Position numbers and translations under genes: made by a program. This document shows positions 9,934 through 19,253 of a stretch of 64,000 nt of DNA, in pieces (the stretch's first letter is position 1; each line of letters begins with the position of its first letter). Under the pieces are notes generated by a model. It did not search any database. It saw nothing but the letters and a program-made list of their open reading frames with translations, and had not been told where the DNA came from. The DNA lies in assembly GCA_028711115.1 (NCBI GenBank), contig JAQTSV010000001.1, positions 390,032 through 454,031 on the forward strand, written 5' to 3'. Source of the stretch: Candidatus Omnitrophota bacterium. Its GTDB lineage: Bacteria; Omnitrophota; Gorgyraeia; Velamenicoccales; JABMQK01.

Positions 9934-12083
9934 CTAAAATGATTAGTGACACTTCAAACAACATTATTAATTTGGCGGAGTCTTCTTTGAAAGAATTGGA
10001 TTCCGGTAAAAAGATTGCCTTCGACAATACTGCCTATCATTTGCCGTTGGCTTATGCGTTGCTGGGCAAAGAGATAAAACAGGCCGGCGAGGCAAAGGTT
10101 ATTATAGAGAGCGCAAGGAAATTATGGAATAACCAACCGCTTTCCAATGGCTTGAGCGTGCCGTATGTCGACGGATTATTAAACAAGGGGCTGGCAACTT
10201 TATTCTGCGAGGAATTATTGACGGCGATTAATTATACAAAAGGAAAGGCTCCTTCCAGTGACTGGGTGGGTTTTATCCCGGATACGGTATTGCGTTCGCT
10301 GGGGCTGCAATTGGTAGACGGAAGAATCGCAGGCATAGCTGTAATTTTGGGCAGGCCCAAGGATTCATCCGTAGCTGCGCAGATAATCAGGGAATTTCAG
10401 GAAAAGAATATTGTAAGCGTATTGGTAGGCGATGTAGACGGCGAGACTTTTGCGGATCAGCTAAAGAAGGAAAAGGTAGAGATGGGATTGGATAATTACA
10501 TAGTTCCTTTAGGCCCGGATGCATTGTCCAGCATATTTGCGGTAAATTTCGCCATCAGGGCGCCTTTGACTTTTGGCGGCTGCACCGAAGGCCAGTGGAA
10601 AAAGAATTTAGAGTATTGCCAGGAAAGGGTGCCTGCCTTTGTGCTTGTTCTGGGAAAATTAGACGAAGTTATTGTCACCACGGGAATGGGAGTTCTGGCC
10701 TTGGGTTTTCCTATTATCACCGATATGGACGCACCGCAGGTTCCTAAAATAGAAACCACAAAATTCGATGCCATAGTCACAGAGAAAGATTATAAAAAAA
10801 TTGTAAGCCGCTGTATGGAGACGCGCGGCATAAAGATTAAAGTGCATAAGATAAATATTCCTGTTATGTACGGTCCGGCTTTCGAGGGAGAGCGCGTAAG
10901 AAAAGAAAGTCTCTATGTGGAATTCGGCGGGAAAAAAGCCATTGGTTTTGAATTTTTAAAATATGCGGATATGGATAAGGTAGAAGACGGCAAAGTCGAA
11001 TTGATAGGGCCTGACATTGACAATATCAAAGAGCAGTCTTTACCTTTGGGTATAGTCGTGGAAGTGGCTTGCCGTAACGCAAATAAGGATCTTGAGCCGA
11101 TATTAGAAAGGCAAATTCACCGTTATTTAAACGAAGCCCAGGGAATAATGCATATGGGCCAGCGCGACATTGTCTGGATTAGGATAAGCCAGGATGGATT
11201 TAAAAAAGGATTAAGGCTCAAACACTTCGGTATAATTATTCACGCAATGATTCACCAGGAATATTCTGCAATTGTGGATAAAGTTCAGGTTAAAATTTAT
11301 TCCAAAAAGGAAGACGTGGAGAAGCAAATTAAGGAAGCCAGAGTTACATATGCCAAGAGAGACGAGCGGTTGAGCGGCATGACAGATGAAAGCGTGGAAG
11401 ATTTTTATAGCTGCGCACTTTGCCAATCGTTTGCGCCTAACCACATCTGTATTATTACGCCGGAAAGACTTGGTTTGTGCGGAGCTTATTCCTGGCTGGA
11501 TGCAAAGGCGAATTTTCAAATTAGTCCTTCTGGGGCAAATCAGCCGATTCAGAAAGGCAAGGCCACAGATGTAAAATTAGGCCAGTGGAAGAACATAAAT
11601 GATTTTGTCTACGAGAAGTCCAATAAAACCATAGAGAAAGTAAGTATGTATTCACTTTTGGAATCTCCGCAATCGAGCTGCGGCTGCTTCGAATGCATAG
11701 TTGCTTTGGTGCCCGAGGCAAACGGCGTATTGATTGTGCACCGGGATTATTCCGGAGACACGCCGCTGGGGATGAAATTTACAACCCTGGCAAGTTCCGT
11801 GGGCGGAGGCGTGCAGACGCCGGGATTTTTAGGCGTAGGAAAATTATATCTGACCAGCAAGAAATTTATTTCCGCGGAAGGTGGGATAAAGAGAATTGTC
11901 TGGATGCCGCAGGATTTAAAAGAATTTTTACGCAGCAAATTAGAGGCGCGGGGAAAAGATATAGGTGACCCTGATTTTATAAATAAAATTGCCGATGAAA
12001 CCAAGGCGACGACTTTAGAACAACTGTTGGATTTTCTGAAACAAGTCAAGCATCCGGCATTGGAAATGCCGTCATTAATCTAA
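9921..12083 (+). CDS. acsB: Acetyl-CoA synthase (CODH/ACS alpha subunit, bacterial full-length type)
   Basis: A-cluster ligands are present: CALCQSFAPNHICIITPERLGLC (CxxC-x8-C-x9-C) and SCGCFEC (Cys-Gly-Cys Ni site). At ~720 aa it includes the N-terminal domain. I place the start at ATG 9921 (MSDLAKMI) rather than the listed 9876. Confidence 0.9.
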   Translation: MSDLAKMISDTSNNIINLAESSLKELDSGKKIAFDNTAYHLPLAYALLGKEIKQAGEAKVIIESARKLWNNQPLSNGLSVPYVDGLLNKGLATLFCEELLTAINYTKGKAPSSDWVGFIPDTVLRSLGLQLVDGRIAGIAVILGRPKDSSVAAQIIREFQEKNIVSVLVGDVDGETFADQLKKEKVEMGLDNYIVPLGPDALSSIFAVNFAIRAPLTFGGCTEGQWKKNLEYCQERVPAFVLVLGKLDEVIVTTGMGVLALGFPIITDMDAPQVPKIETTKFDAIVTEKDYKKIVSRCMETRGIKIKVHKINIPVMYGPAFEGERVRKESLYVEFGGKKAIGFEFLKYADMDKVEDGKVELIGPDIDNIKEQSLPLGIVVEVACRNANKDLEPILERQIHRYLNEAQGIMHMGQRDIVWIRISQDGFKKGLRLKHFGIIIHAMIHQEYSAIVDKVQVKIYSKKEDVEKQIKEARVTYAKRDERLSGMTDESVEDFYSCALCQSFAPNHICIITPERLGLCGAYSWLDAKANFQISPSGANQPIQKGKATDVKLGQWKNINDFVYEKSNKTIEKVSMYSLLESPQSSCGCFECIVALVPEANGVLIVHRDYSGDTPLGMKFTTLASSVGGGVQTPGFLGVGKLYLTSKKFISAEGGIKRIVWMPQDLKEFLRSKLEARGKDIGDPDFINKIADETKATTLEQLLDFLKQVKHPALEMPSLI

Positions 12084-12139
12084 ACTTTTTACTTGATTTT
12101 ATTACGAATCTATATTAATCTATAAACGAAAGACACACA

Positions 12140-12832
12140 ATGGGTAAAGTCATACCCAAACTCCATTTTATAATAACAGCGTTTATCATATTTTCTTTTG
12201 TGCCTTCCTCTTTTTCGGAAATCAAGAAAGACAGAAAAGAAGCTCAGGGCTATCGTGACCAGGGATACGAAGCTCAGCGTTCTGGCAATCTGGATGTTGC
12301 GCTGAATTTGTATCAGAGAGCCATAGAGACAGATCCTTCTTATGCCATGGCTTACAATGATATAGGTATAGTTTTGGAGGCAAAAGGCATGGACCAGGAG
12401 GCAGAAGAAGTTTACCTGAAGGCCATTTCCTTAGACCCTGATTATTTAAGTTCTTATTATAATCTGGCAGCCTTGTATGAAAAAGAAGGAAAACTTGAGA
12501 AGGCGGATTATTATTGGAAGACGCGGGTTAATTTAGGGGATTGGTCAGACTCCTGGACATGGAAGGCAAAAGAGCATTTACAGCAGTTAAAATCTTCAGG
12601 CAAGTTGGCTGCCAGGACTAACCCCAACGTAGGAAATTTGGATTTAAAATTGACTCCCAATCCCAAGCGTGATGCTCAATACCACCTGTATCGCGGGCGT
12701 CAATATCTCGCCACGGAAGACTACACCTCAGCTTTTAAGGAATTGAATGCAGCAAGCGTGTTGGATCCGGGGAATCCGGAAATCGAGCAATCAATAGAAG
12801 ATACACAAGAGAAAGTTCTGCTTTATAAATAA
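12140..12832 (+). CDS. Secreted TPR-repeat protein
   Basis: N-terminal signal-like helix followed by repeated A..Y...A....P....A..NLG/Y TPR patterns. Confidence 0.7.
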   Translation: MGKVIPKLHFIITAFIIFSFVPSSFSEIKKDRKEAQGYRDQGYEAQRSGNLDVALNLYQRAIETDPSYAMAYNDIGIVLEAKGMDQEAEEVYLKAISLDPDYLSSYYNLAALYEKEGKLEKADYYWKTRVNLGDWSDSWTWKAKEHLQQLKSSGKLAARTNPNVGNLDLKLTPNPKRDAQYHLYRGRQYLATEDYTSAFKELNAASVLDPGNPEIEQSIEDTQEKVLLYK

Positions 12833-12924
12833 TGGTATATTTTCTCATCGCCTAAACATTCCTGGAAGAAAAATCCATGAAACAAAATTGGTAAATCGGT
12901 GTCTAAGAGTCTTTCCAAATTATT

Positions 12925-15495
12925 ATGTCTAGAGTTTGTCTAATTGATGCGCATTCTTTGTGCTATCGTGCCTTCTTTGCCATTAAAGCAAACCTCGCAA
13001 CTTCCTACGGTCAGCCCACGAATGCCGTCTACGGTTTTATCAATATGCTGAATAAGATTCTTAGTGATGTTAAACCGGATTATGTGGCGATATGTTTCGA
13101 CGTAGCCAAGCCTACATTCCGGGAGGAAAAATTCAAAGAGTACAAGATCGACCGTCCGTCCATGCCTGATGATTTGAAGACGCAAATTCCTTTGATTAAA
13201 GAAATAATTTCCGCTTACAATATCAGGATTATAGAAAAGGAAGGATTTGAGGCAGATGATTTAATCGCCACATTCGCCTCCAGGGCCAAGAAGAAAAACT
13301 TAGAGGTTACTATAGTTACCAGCGATAAGGATATGCTGCAGTTAGTGGATAGCGATATCAAAGTTTACAATCCCTACAAAGAAGACGGGATATACTTTAG
13401 CCCCAAAGAGGTGGAAGAACATTTTGGGGTTAAGCCGCGCAATATCGTGGATTTGCTTTCTTTAATGGGAGATAGCACTGATAATATCCCCGGGGCAAAA
13501 GGCATCGGCGAAAAGACGGCAAGAGAGCTTTTAGGGGAATTCAAAGATATAGATGGTTTATTTAAAAATATCGACAAGATAAAGTCTGACAAAGTAAAAA
13601 ACTTGATTAAAGACAATAAGAAAAATATAAAATTAAGCCAGGAATTGGTCGTATTGGAAAAAGATGTCGACATAGATATTGATTTAAAGGATTTAAGTTT
13701 AAAAGAGGCGGATTACGAAAAGCTGTATGCTTTATTTTCCAAATTAGAGTTTAAAACCTTATTGAAAAGCTTGAGCCAGAAGGTTACGCCGATGACTTTT
13801 GGCAAGGAAATTGATTTTATAAAGAATATAAAACAGACTCAAGACTTAAGACAATTAGAAAGCGATTTAAAAAATACAAAGGAGTTTTCCTTTTATATCG
13901 ATATTTCTCAAGAGCAGCCCAGAACATTTATCTATGCCGGTAAAGACAAACTCTATGTATTGACCGATAAAGATAAGCTGAGTTCAATCTTTGCAGATAA
14001 AAATCTCGGCAAGATAGGTAATGACATAAAAAATGCAAAATTGATTTTCGATAAGTTCGGCGTCGATATAAGGGGAGGATTGTTTGATATTATGATTGCT
14101 GCTTATCTCATCAATCCTGCCAGGACAGACTATCAGATAGAAACGCTCTTGTACGATTATTTAAACATAGGGCCTTTCGGGAAAGAGGATCTGAAAAATC
14201 AGGAGGCAGTATTTATCTATAAGTTAAAAGAAATTCTCGATAAAGAGCTCGGCGATAAGAATCTTAGCGGATTATTTTATAAATTGGAAATACCTTTGAT
14301 TGGTGTTTTATTCAGGATTGAAAAAAACGGGATTAAACTAGACTGCAAACTTCTGGCTGATTTGTCAGAAAAGCTGGATAAGGAACTGAATAAATTAATG
14401 CAGGAAATTTTCAATATAAGCGGCAGGGAGTTTAATCTCAATTCGCCAAAACAATTAAGAGAAATTCTCTTTGATGAGCTGAAATTGCCTATAGTTAAGA
14501 AGACAAAGACAGGTCCCTCTACCGACGAAGAAGTGCTGAATAAATTATCTTTGCAGCATAAGATACCGCAGCTGATATTGAAATATCGCCAGATAACCAA
14601 ACTAAAATCCACGTATGTGGATGTTCTGCCTGACCTCTGCGATAAAAAAGACCATCGCATTCACAGCAATTTCCTGCAGATCGGCACAGAGACAGGCAGG
14701 CTCAGCTCCAACAATCCCAATCTGCAGAATATTCCTGTAAAGAGCGAACTGGGGCGGGAAATAAGGAGTGCTTTTATTGCCAGTTCCAAGGATTGGTCTC
14801 TTTTTTCCTGTGATTATTCGCAGATAGAATTAAGGATGCTCGCCCATTTATCCAAGGATGAAGTTCTGGCTAAGGCCTTTGAACAAGATTTGGATATCCA
14901 CAAGGCAACAGCAGCCTTGATTTACGGAGTGGACTTAAAAGATGTAGAGGACAAGATGCGCGAAGTCGCCAAGAGGGTTAATTTCGGCGTAATCTATGGC
15001 ATGAGCGCTTACGGACTTTCCAAGGATTTAGATATCGGATTAGACGTGGCTCAGGATTTTATTGACACATATTTTTTACGTTATCCCAAAGTAAAAGTTT
15101 TTATCGAAGGACAGATTAAACTTGCCCGGGATAAAGGATATGTGGCTACGATTATGGGCCGCCGCAGATATCTGCCGTACATCAATTCTAAAAATATCGG
15201 TTTGCGGCAATTCAGCGAGCGCCAGGCGGTTAATGCCACAATCCAGGGCTCAGCTGCAGACCTGATAAAATTGGCAATGATAAATATCCAGGAAGAGTTG
15301 GATAAAAAAAAGATGCAGACAAAGATGGTAATCCAGGTCCACGACGAACTCGTATTTGATTTTCCTGATGATGAAAAATCCCAACTGGTTAAAATTGTAA
15401 AAAGCGGCATGGAAGAGGCGATTAAATTAGATGTGCCTGTAAAGGTATCTTTAAAAATTGGTCAGAATTGGGCCGAGATGAAGGAGATTATATGA
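12925..15495 (+). CDS. polA: DNA polymerase I
   Basis: 5'-nuclease domain (LIDAHSL.YRAFFA), a vestigial 3'-5' exo region, and polymerase motifs (DYSQIELR, RR.AK..NFG..YG, QVHDE). Confidence 0.95.
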   Translation: MSRVCLIDAHSLCYRAFFAIKANLATSYGQPTNAVYGFINMLNKILSDVKPDYVAICFDVAKPTFREEKFKEYKIDRPSMPDDLKTQIPLIKEIISAYNIRIIEKEGFEADDLIATFASRAKKKNLEVTIVTSDKDMLQLVDSDIKVYNPYKEDGIYFSPKEVEEHFGVKPRNIVDLLSLMGDSTDNIPGAKGIGEKTARELLGEFKDIDGLFKNIDKIKSDKVKNLIKDNKKNIKLSQELVVLEKDVDIDIDLKDLSLKEADYEKLYALFSKLEFKTLLKSLSQKVTPMTFGKEIDFIKNIKQTQDLRQLESDLKNTKEFSFYIDISQEQPRTFIYAGKDKLYVLTDKDKLSSIFADKNLGKIGNDIKNAKLIFDKFGVDIRGGLFDIMIAAYLINPARTDYQIETLLYDYLNIGPFGKEDLKNQEAVFIYKLKEILDKELGDKNLSGLFYKLEIPLIGVLFRIEKNGIKLDCKLLADLSEKLDKELNKLMQEIFNISGREFNLNSPKQLREILFDELKLPIVKKTKTGPSTDEEVLNKLSLQHKIPQLILKYRQITKLKSTYVDVLPDLCDKKDHRIHSNFLQIGTETGRLSSNNPNLQNIPVKSELGREIRSAFIASSKDWSLFSCDYSQIELRMLAHLSKDEVLAKAFEQDLDIHKATAALIYGVDLKDVEDKMREVAKRVNFGVIYGMSAYGLSKDLDIGLDVAQDFIDTYFLRYPKVKVFIEGQIKLARDKGYVATIMGRRRYLPYINSKNIGLRQFSERQAVNATIQGSAADLIKLAMINIQEELDKKKMQTKMVIQVHDELVFDFPDDEKSQLVKIVKSGMEEAIKLDVPVKVSLKIGQNWAEMKEII

Positions 15496-16889
15496 AAATC
15501 GTTATCTGTTCCAGCGAGGTTGTTCCTTTTGCCAAGACAGGCGGTTTGGCCGATGTCAGCGGCGCATTGCCTTTGGCGTTAGAAAATTTAAAACAGGAAG
15601 TTATCGTGGTTATGCCGGGATATTCCTGCGTAAAAAACGCAGGCATAAAAATAAATCCGCTCAAACCCGGGTTTTCTTATGCTACCATCGGTAAAAATGT
15701 CAAAGTCTATTTTATTGAGAATGAAGAGTATTATAACAGAGCCGGATTATACGGAGAAAAGACAGGCGATTATCCCGATAATCTTTTGCGTTTCTCATTC
15801 TATAGCAAAAAGACGCTGGAATTATTGAAGATGATCAATTTCTGCCCCGACGTGATTCACTGCAATGACTGGCAGAGCGCATTAATCCCAGTTTATCTGA
15901 AGACAAATCTTAAAAACGATAATTTCTATAAAAAAACCAAGACTATATTGACTATACACAATTTGGCATACCAGGGATTATTTGCGGCAGAACAATTTTC
16001 TTCCTTAGGATTGGATGGCGCGCTTTTTAACATAGACGGATTTGAGTTTTACGGAAAGATAAATTTCCTTAAGGCAGGGATTATTTTCTCAGATTTCATT
16101 ACTACCGTGAGCAAAGGTTATGCCAATGAAATACTCACCAAGGATTTTGGCTGCAGCCTTGAAGGCGTATTGAATACGAGAAAGAAAAATTTGTCGGGGA
16201 TTATCAATGGCCTGGATTATTCTCTGTGGGATCCCAAAACAGACAAACAGATATTTGCAAATTACGACGCCTCGGATTTAAGCGGCAAGAAAAAGAATAA
16301 GAAAGAATTACAGAAATTATGCGGCCTGCTTATTAAGGAAGATATTCCCCTTTTAGGTTTTGTAGGCCGGCTGGCAGAACAGAAAGGTATAGATTTATTG
16401 TCGGACATTATAAAGGATATGAGCAAATTAAATATCCAGATAGTTATTCTGGGCACCGGCGACCTGAAATACCATATTTTACTGGAAGAGGTTGCTAAGA
16501 AAATTCCGCATTTGTTCAGTCTGAATTTAAAGTTTGACGATGCCTTGGCGCGCCGCATTTATGCAGGATGCGATATGTTTATGATGCCTTCTCGGTATGA
16601 GCCTTGTGGCCTGGGCCAGATGATAAGTTTTAAATATGGCACGATACCGGTGGTATATAAAACCGGTGGGTTGTCTGATACGGTATCTAATTTCGACCCC
16701 AAGACTAAAAAAGGCGACGGATTTATCTTCACTGATTACAATAAAGATGCATTTTTGAGTTCCATAAATAATGGCCTGGCAGTTTATGCCAAGAAGGATA
16801 TTTGGCAGAGTTTCGTAAAAAAAGTAATGTCCTACAATTTCTCCTGGGAAGAGTCAGCCAGGAAATATGTAGAGTTATATAAAAAATAA
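15492..16889 (+). CDS. glgA: Glycogen/starch synthase (ADP-glucose type)
   Basis: MKIVICSSEVVPFAKTGGLADV N-terminus. The start ATG overlaps the polA TGA (ATGA), so the listed 15468 start was judged an upstream extension. Confidence 0.9.
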   Translation: MKIVICSSEVVPFAKTGGLADVSGALPLALENLKQEVIVVMPGYSCVKNAGIKINPLKPGFSYATIGKNVKVYFIENEEYYNRAGLYGEKTGDYPDNLLRFSFYSKKTLELLKMINFCPDVIHCNDWQSALIPVYLKTNLKNDNFYKKTKTILTIHNLAYQGLFAAEQFSSLGLDGALFNIDGFEFYGKINFLKAGIIFSDFITTVSKGYANEILTKDFGCSLEGVLNTRKKNLSGIINGLDYSLWDPKTDKQIFANYDASDLSGKKKNKKELQKLCGLLIKEDIPLLGFVGRLAEQKGIDLLSDIIKDMSKLNIQIVILGTGDLKYHILLEEVAKKIPHLFSLNLKFDDALARRIYAGCDMFMMPSRYEPCGLGQMISFKYGTIPVVYKTGGLSDTVSNFDPKTKKGDGFIFTDYNKDAFLSSINNGLAVYAKKDIWQSFVKKVMSYNFSWEESARKYVELYKK

Positions 16890-16890
16890 A

Positions 16891-17487
16891 ATGGTAATCG
16901 CAATAACCGGTGGTTTTTGTACAGGCAAATCCGAAGTAGCGCGCATATTCAGAAAATTTGGTGCAAAGATTATTGATTTGGACAAGTTGGCACACTTAAC
17001 TTTAAAACCCCGGACAGAAAGCTTCAAGAAAATAGTCCGGGCATTCGGAAGAGATATTTTAACTAACGGCCGTATTAATCGTTTGCTTTTAGCAAAAAAG
17101 GTATTTGGCAATAGAAAGAAACTCAATAAGCTGAATTCTATCATTCATCCCGTGGTGATTAAAGAGATGAATGATTTGATAAAAAAATTTCATAAGGAAT
17201 GCCCGGTAATTATTGCAGAGGTGCCTCTTTTGTTTGAAGCAGGCCTCAATGATTATTTTGATTATGTTATAGTGGTTAATGCTGGCAAAAAGACACAGAT
17301 AAAGCGCGCAGCAGCAAAAACAAACTTAAGCAAGACAGATATTTTAAAGCGCATAAAGAGCCAATGGCCGATAGAAAGAAAGATTAAGCTAGCAGATTCC
17401 ACCATAGATAATAATGGCTCGATAGGCAACACCCGCAGGCAGGCAAAAAATATTTTTGAAAATTTAAAAAAGGAATTATTTATGTGA
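16891..17487 (+). CDS. coaE: Dephospho-CoA kinase
   Basis: IAITGGFCTGKS P-loop and CoaE-length protein. Confidence 0.9.
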   Translation: MVIAITGGFCTGKSEVARIFRKFGAKIIDLDKLAHLTLKPRTESFKKIVRAFGRDILTNGRINRLLLAKKVFGNRKKLNKLNSIIHPVVIKEMNDLIKKFHKECPVIIAEVPLLFEAGLNDYFDYVIVVNAGKKTQIKRAAAKTNLSKTDILKRIKSQWPIERKIKLADSTIDNNGSIGNTRRQAKNIFENLKKELFM

Positions 17488-17563
17488 AAATACAATGGCA
17501 ATTATTTAAAATAGATTAAGTCAATATTTTAAAAATTTATTTATTTTCTAAAGGAGGAGCAAA

Positions 17564-18847
17564 GTGGAAAAAGTCGAAAAAATTGAAAAAGGCGAAAAAG
17601 TTGAAATCGGCAAATTGAAGGATATGAAAATATCCGAATTGAGCAAAGTAGCCAGGAGCCTGAATGTTAATGGTATAAGCAGCTCCAAGAAGCAGGATTT
17701 GATTTTTAAAATACTTCAGGCCCAGGCAGAAAAAGAAGGACTTATGTTCGGGGAAGGCACCTTGGAGGTTTTGCCGGAAGGTTTCGGTTTCTTAAGGTCG
17801 CCAAATTATAATTATCTGCCCTGTCCCGACGATATTTATATCTCTCCGTCGCAGATCAGGAAATTTGAGCTTCGCACCGGAGATACGGTCAGCGGCCAGA
17901 TTCGCCCGCCCAAAGACGCAGAGAAATATTTTGCGCTTCTGAAGGTTGAGGCGGTGAATTTTGAGAACCCCGAAATGGCCAAGGAAAAAGTGCTGTTTGA
18001 TAATTTGACTCCTGTATATCCGCACCAGCGTTTTGTTCTGGAAAACGATCCGCAGGATGTTTCAACCCGTATTATGGACCTTCTGACGCCTTTAGGCAAA
18101 GGTCAGCGCGGCCTTATCGTGGCACAGCCATACAGCGGAAAGACCGTTTTACTGCAGAAGATTGCCAATGCGATTATGAAAAATCACCCCGAGGTTATTT
18201 TAATAGTGCTTCTTATCGATGAGCGGCCGGAAGAAGTTACTGATATGCAGAGGATTGTCAAGGGTGAGGTAATTTCTTCTACTTTTGACGAACCTGCTGA
18301 ACGCCATGTACAGGTTGCAGAAATTGTTTTAGAAAAAGCAAAAAGGCTTGTGGAATACAAAAAAGACGTGGTGGTATTATTGGATAGCATTACGCGCTTG
18401 GCGCGGGCATATAACACAGTTGCTCCGCACAGCGGTAAAATTCTTACCGGCGGTATAGATTCCAATGCCCTGCACAAACCCAAGAGATTTTTTGGCGCCG
18501 CACGCGCTATCGAAGAAGGAGGCAGCCTCACCATCATAGCCACGGCACTGGTGGATACCGGCAGCCGTATGGACGAAGTAATCTTCGAGGAATTCAAAGG
18601 CACGGGCAATATGGAGTTACAGCTAGACAGAAACCTCTTCCAGAGGCGCATATATCCAGCCATAGATATAAAGCGTTCCAATACCCGCAGAGAAGAACTT
18701 TTAATCGATCCGGTTGATTTACAGAAAATATGGCTGCTTAGAAAAGTCCTTAATGAATTAAATGCCTCTGAGGCCATGGAATTATTAATTGAAAAGTTAT
18801 TAAAAAGTAAAGATAATAAGGAGTTTTTGAAGAGCATGAATCAATGA
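17564..18847 (+). CDS. rho: Transcription termination factor Rho
   Basis: Full-length Rho (GFGFLR, RNP-like motifs, Walker [16 protein letters not shown]). GTG start 7 nt after AGGAGG. Confidence 0.95.
   Translation: MEKVEKIEKGEKVEIGKLKDMKISELSKVARSLNVNGISSSKKQDLIFKILQAQAEKEGLMFGEGTLEVLPEGFGFLRSPNYNYLPCPDDIYISPSQIRKFELRTGDTVSGQIRPPKDAEKYFALLKVEAVNFENPEMAKEKVLFDNLTPVYPHQRFVLENDPQDVSTRIMDLLTPLGKGQRGLIVAQPYSGKTVLLQKIANAIMKNHPEVILIVLLIDERPEEVTDMQRIVKGEVISSTFDEPAERHVQVAEIVLEKAKRLVEYKKDVVVLLDSITRLARAYNTVAPHSGKILTGGIDSNALHKPKRFFGAARAIEEGGSLTIIATALVDTGSRMDEVIFEEFKGTGNMELQLDRNLFQRRIYPAIDIKRSNTRREELLIDPVDLQKIWLLRKVLNELNASEAMELLIEKLLKSKDNKEFLKSMNQ
17567..17602 (+). repeat. Four tandem 9-nt GAAAAANNN units at the 5' end of rho (encode [12 protein letters not shown])
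   Basis: Read directly: gaaaaagtc gaaaaaatt gaaaaaggc gaaaaagtt, followed by a degenerate fifth unit, gaaatcggc. Confidence 0.8.
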
Positions 18848-18928
18848 CGCACGAATTAACTCAAATAATTCTCGTGGATTAGTTGATAAATTTGTGAGAA
18901 TCAGTGTTTTAGGAAAGGAGTTAGAGTA

Positions 18929-19129
18929 ATGAAAGACAAAATTCATCCCACTTACAAGGAATCGACGATAATCTGTGCCTGCGGCGAAGTGATACAGACG
19001 CGTTCCACAAAACCGAATGTCAGGATCGACATTTGTTCGAAGTGCCATCCCTTCTTCACGGGAAAGCAGAAGCTTGTTGATTCCGCCGGCAGAGTTGAGA
19101 AATTCATGAAGAAATACGGCAAAAAATAA
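18929..19129 (+). CDS. rpmE: 50S ribosomal protein L31
   Basis: MKDKIHP.Y....I.C.CG...........I..CS.CHPF(F/Y)TG pattern. Confidence 0.95.
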   Translation: MKDKIHPTYKESTIICACGEVIQTRSTKPNVRIDICSKCHPFFTGKQKLVDSAGRVEKFMKKYGKK

Positions 19130-19135
19130 GTGAGG

Positions 19136-19243
19136 GGATAACTTATAAGTCCGAACTCATCCCCCATTCTTGCTTTCGCAAGAAAGCAGGGGGGATTAAT
19201 TCGACTAAACGACTTATGTTCGTTATCACTCTATAAGTCGAGG
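19136..19243 (+). other. Structured rpmE-prfA intergenic element (GCAA-capped hairpin plus three copies of a 7-mer in alternating orientation)
   Basis: CCCCC(19161-65)...TGCTTTC-GCAA-GAAAGCA...GGGGG hairpin. ATAAGTC at 19145-51 and 19233-39 can each pair with GACTTAT at 19211-17. There is no U-tract. The prfA SD (GAGG) starts at 19240. Confidence 0.3.
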
Positions 19244-19253
19244 TTTCATTAAG

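Noticed and set aside
11386-12049. Alternative-frame ORFs inside acsB (11386..11574 +, 11693..11968 +, 11521..11721 -, 11747..12049 -).
   Set aside because: The acsB frame carries the A-cluster cysteine motifs through this region. The alternatives are Arg/Gly-rich nonsense typical of off-frame GC-rich sequence.
19131-19253. A possible tRNA or intrinsic terminator in the rpmE-prfA gap.
   Set aside because: No cloverleaf, T-loop (GTTCGAATC-like) or anticodon arm can be drawn. The G/C hairpin is not followed by a U-tract. It is retained only as an unclassified structured element.
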